A stretch of 63,099 nt of DNA, filler included, from Octopus bimaculoides (lineage: Eukaryota): assembly GCF_001194135.2 (NCBI RefSeq). It is 6 parts of 6 records of this genome, joined end to end, with 100 filler letters (N's around TTAATTAATTAA, not from the genome) between each part and the next. Parts side by side here need not be neighbours in the genome. Positions count along the whole stretch, not along the records: positions 61,800 to 63,099 come from NW_026299719.1; 5 more parts are not named here. One strand, written 5' to 3'. Shown in pieces: positions 62,331 to 63,099 of the stretch; within the stretch, counting starts at the first letter, position 1, and every line of letters begins with the position of its first letter. The notes below the pieces were generated by a model. It searched no databases, had not been told where the DNA came from, and was given only the letters and a program-made list of their open reading frames with translations. The translations under genes were made by a program, and so were the position numbers.

Positions 62331-63099
62331 AAAGTATCTTGTTTTGTTTATCACCCTTTAAATCTTTAGAAAATCTTGCAGATCTTTATAATTCCAGATA
62401 TCGTGATCATTTGTAGAGTTGGTTATGTATCCTGTTGCTTCAGTAATTGTAGGTATGAAGCTAAAAGTGCATCTTATATGTATGTGTGTATGCATGTGTG
62501 TATGTATGTATACATGTATGTATACATGTATGTATACATGCATGTATGTATACATGCATGTATGTATACATGCANNNNNNNNNNNNNNNNNNNNNNNNNN
62601 NNNNNNNNNNNNNNNNNNNNNNNNNNNNNNNNNNNNNNNNNNNNNNNNNNNNNNNNNNNNNNNNNNNNNNNTGTGTGTGTGTGTGTGTGTGTCCCATTCT
62701 GTATCTCGCTGAATTTCCTTGTGAACTACGTTAAGGGTACGCATTTCTGTGGAGTACTCAACCACTTGTACATTACTTTTACTAATAGATTGTTCCGTTG
62801 ATCTGATCAACTGAATTGCTCACCGTCGTTATCGACGCAGTGCCAATTATATACGTACGTATTTATATATGTATATATGTATGTGTGTATACTTGTATGC
62901 GTTCCTATATGTATGTATGTATGTATGCTTGTATGCGTGTATGGCCTACAAGAATTGAATTACTGCATTAAGCTACTGATAAAGACTGCACGTTTCTATT
63001 AAGGTAGAGTTATGATTTAAATGGCATTTGATTGCTATTTCTAGCAATTTCCCTAACCACGAAGAAGACGTCATTATTGTTTGTAACTGTACTCTGGTT

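Overview
AT-rich, microsatellite- and transposon-dense animal genomic DNA with many N gaps. The SINE/LINE repertoire, the IL-17 type and the gap pads suggest an octopus draft assembly (inference). Only one host protein-coding gene is supported: an interleukin-17-like cytokine on the + strand. The ORF track starts it at 30187, but that ATG lies inside a splice acceptor. The sequence supports a two-exon gene: a TATA/Inr-driven 133-nt exon 1 ending in ATG|GTAAGT (25927-26059), a 4.15-kb phase-0 intron, and coding exon 2 (30214-30723). The promoter cassette occurs three times: ~19.7-20.2 kb with exon 1 deleted; ~25.6-26.15 kb as the complete gene; and ~39.0-39.7 kb with intact TATA/Inr/ATG/donor but no visible exon 2. 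This looks like a birth-and-death IL-17 tandem cluster with a conserved ETS footprint and a possible gene-conversion tract. The rest is decayed mobile DNA: CR1-like, RTE, R4/Dong-like, Tx1-like ORF1, Penelope, Ty3/gypsy, mariner, hAT, SINEs and foldbacks. Other unusual items are a circularly permuted LINE, minimal hammerhead-ribozyme motifs, microsatellite-associated R4-like insertions, a tandem STAT/NF-kB motif array and a DR1 array. All calls were made by eye. Coordinates of decayed repeats are approximate and no database searches were run.
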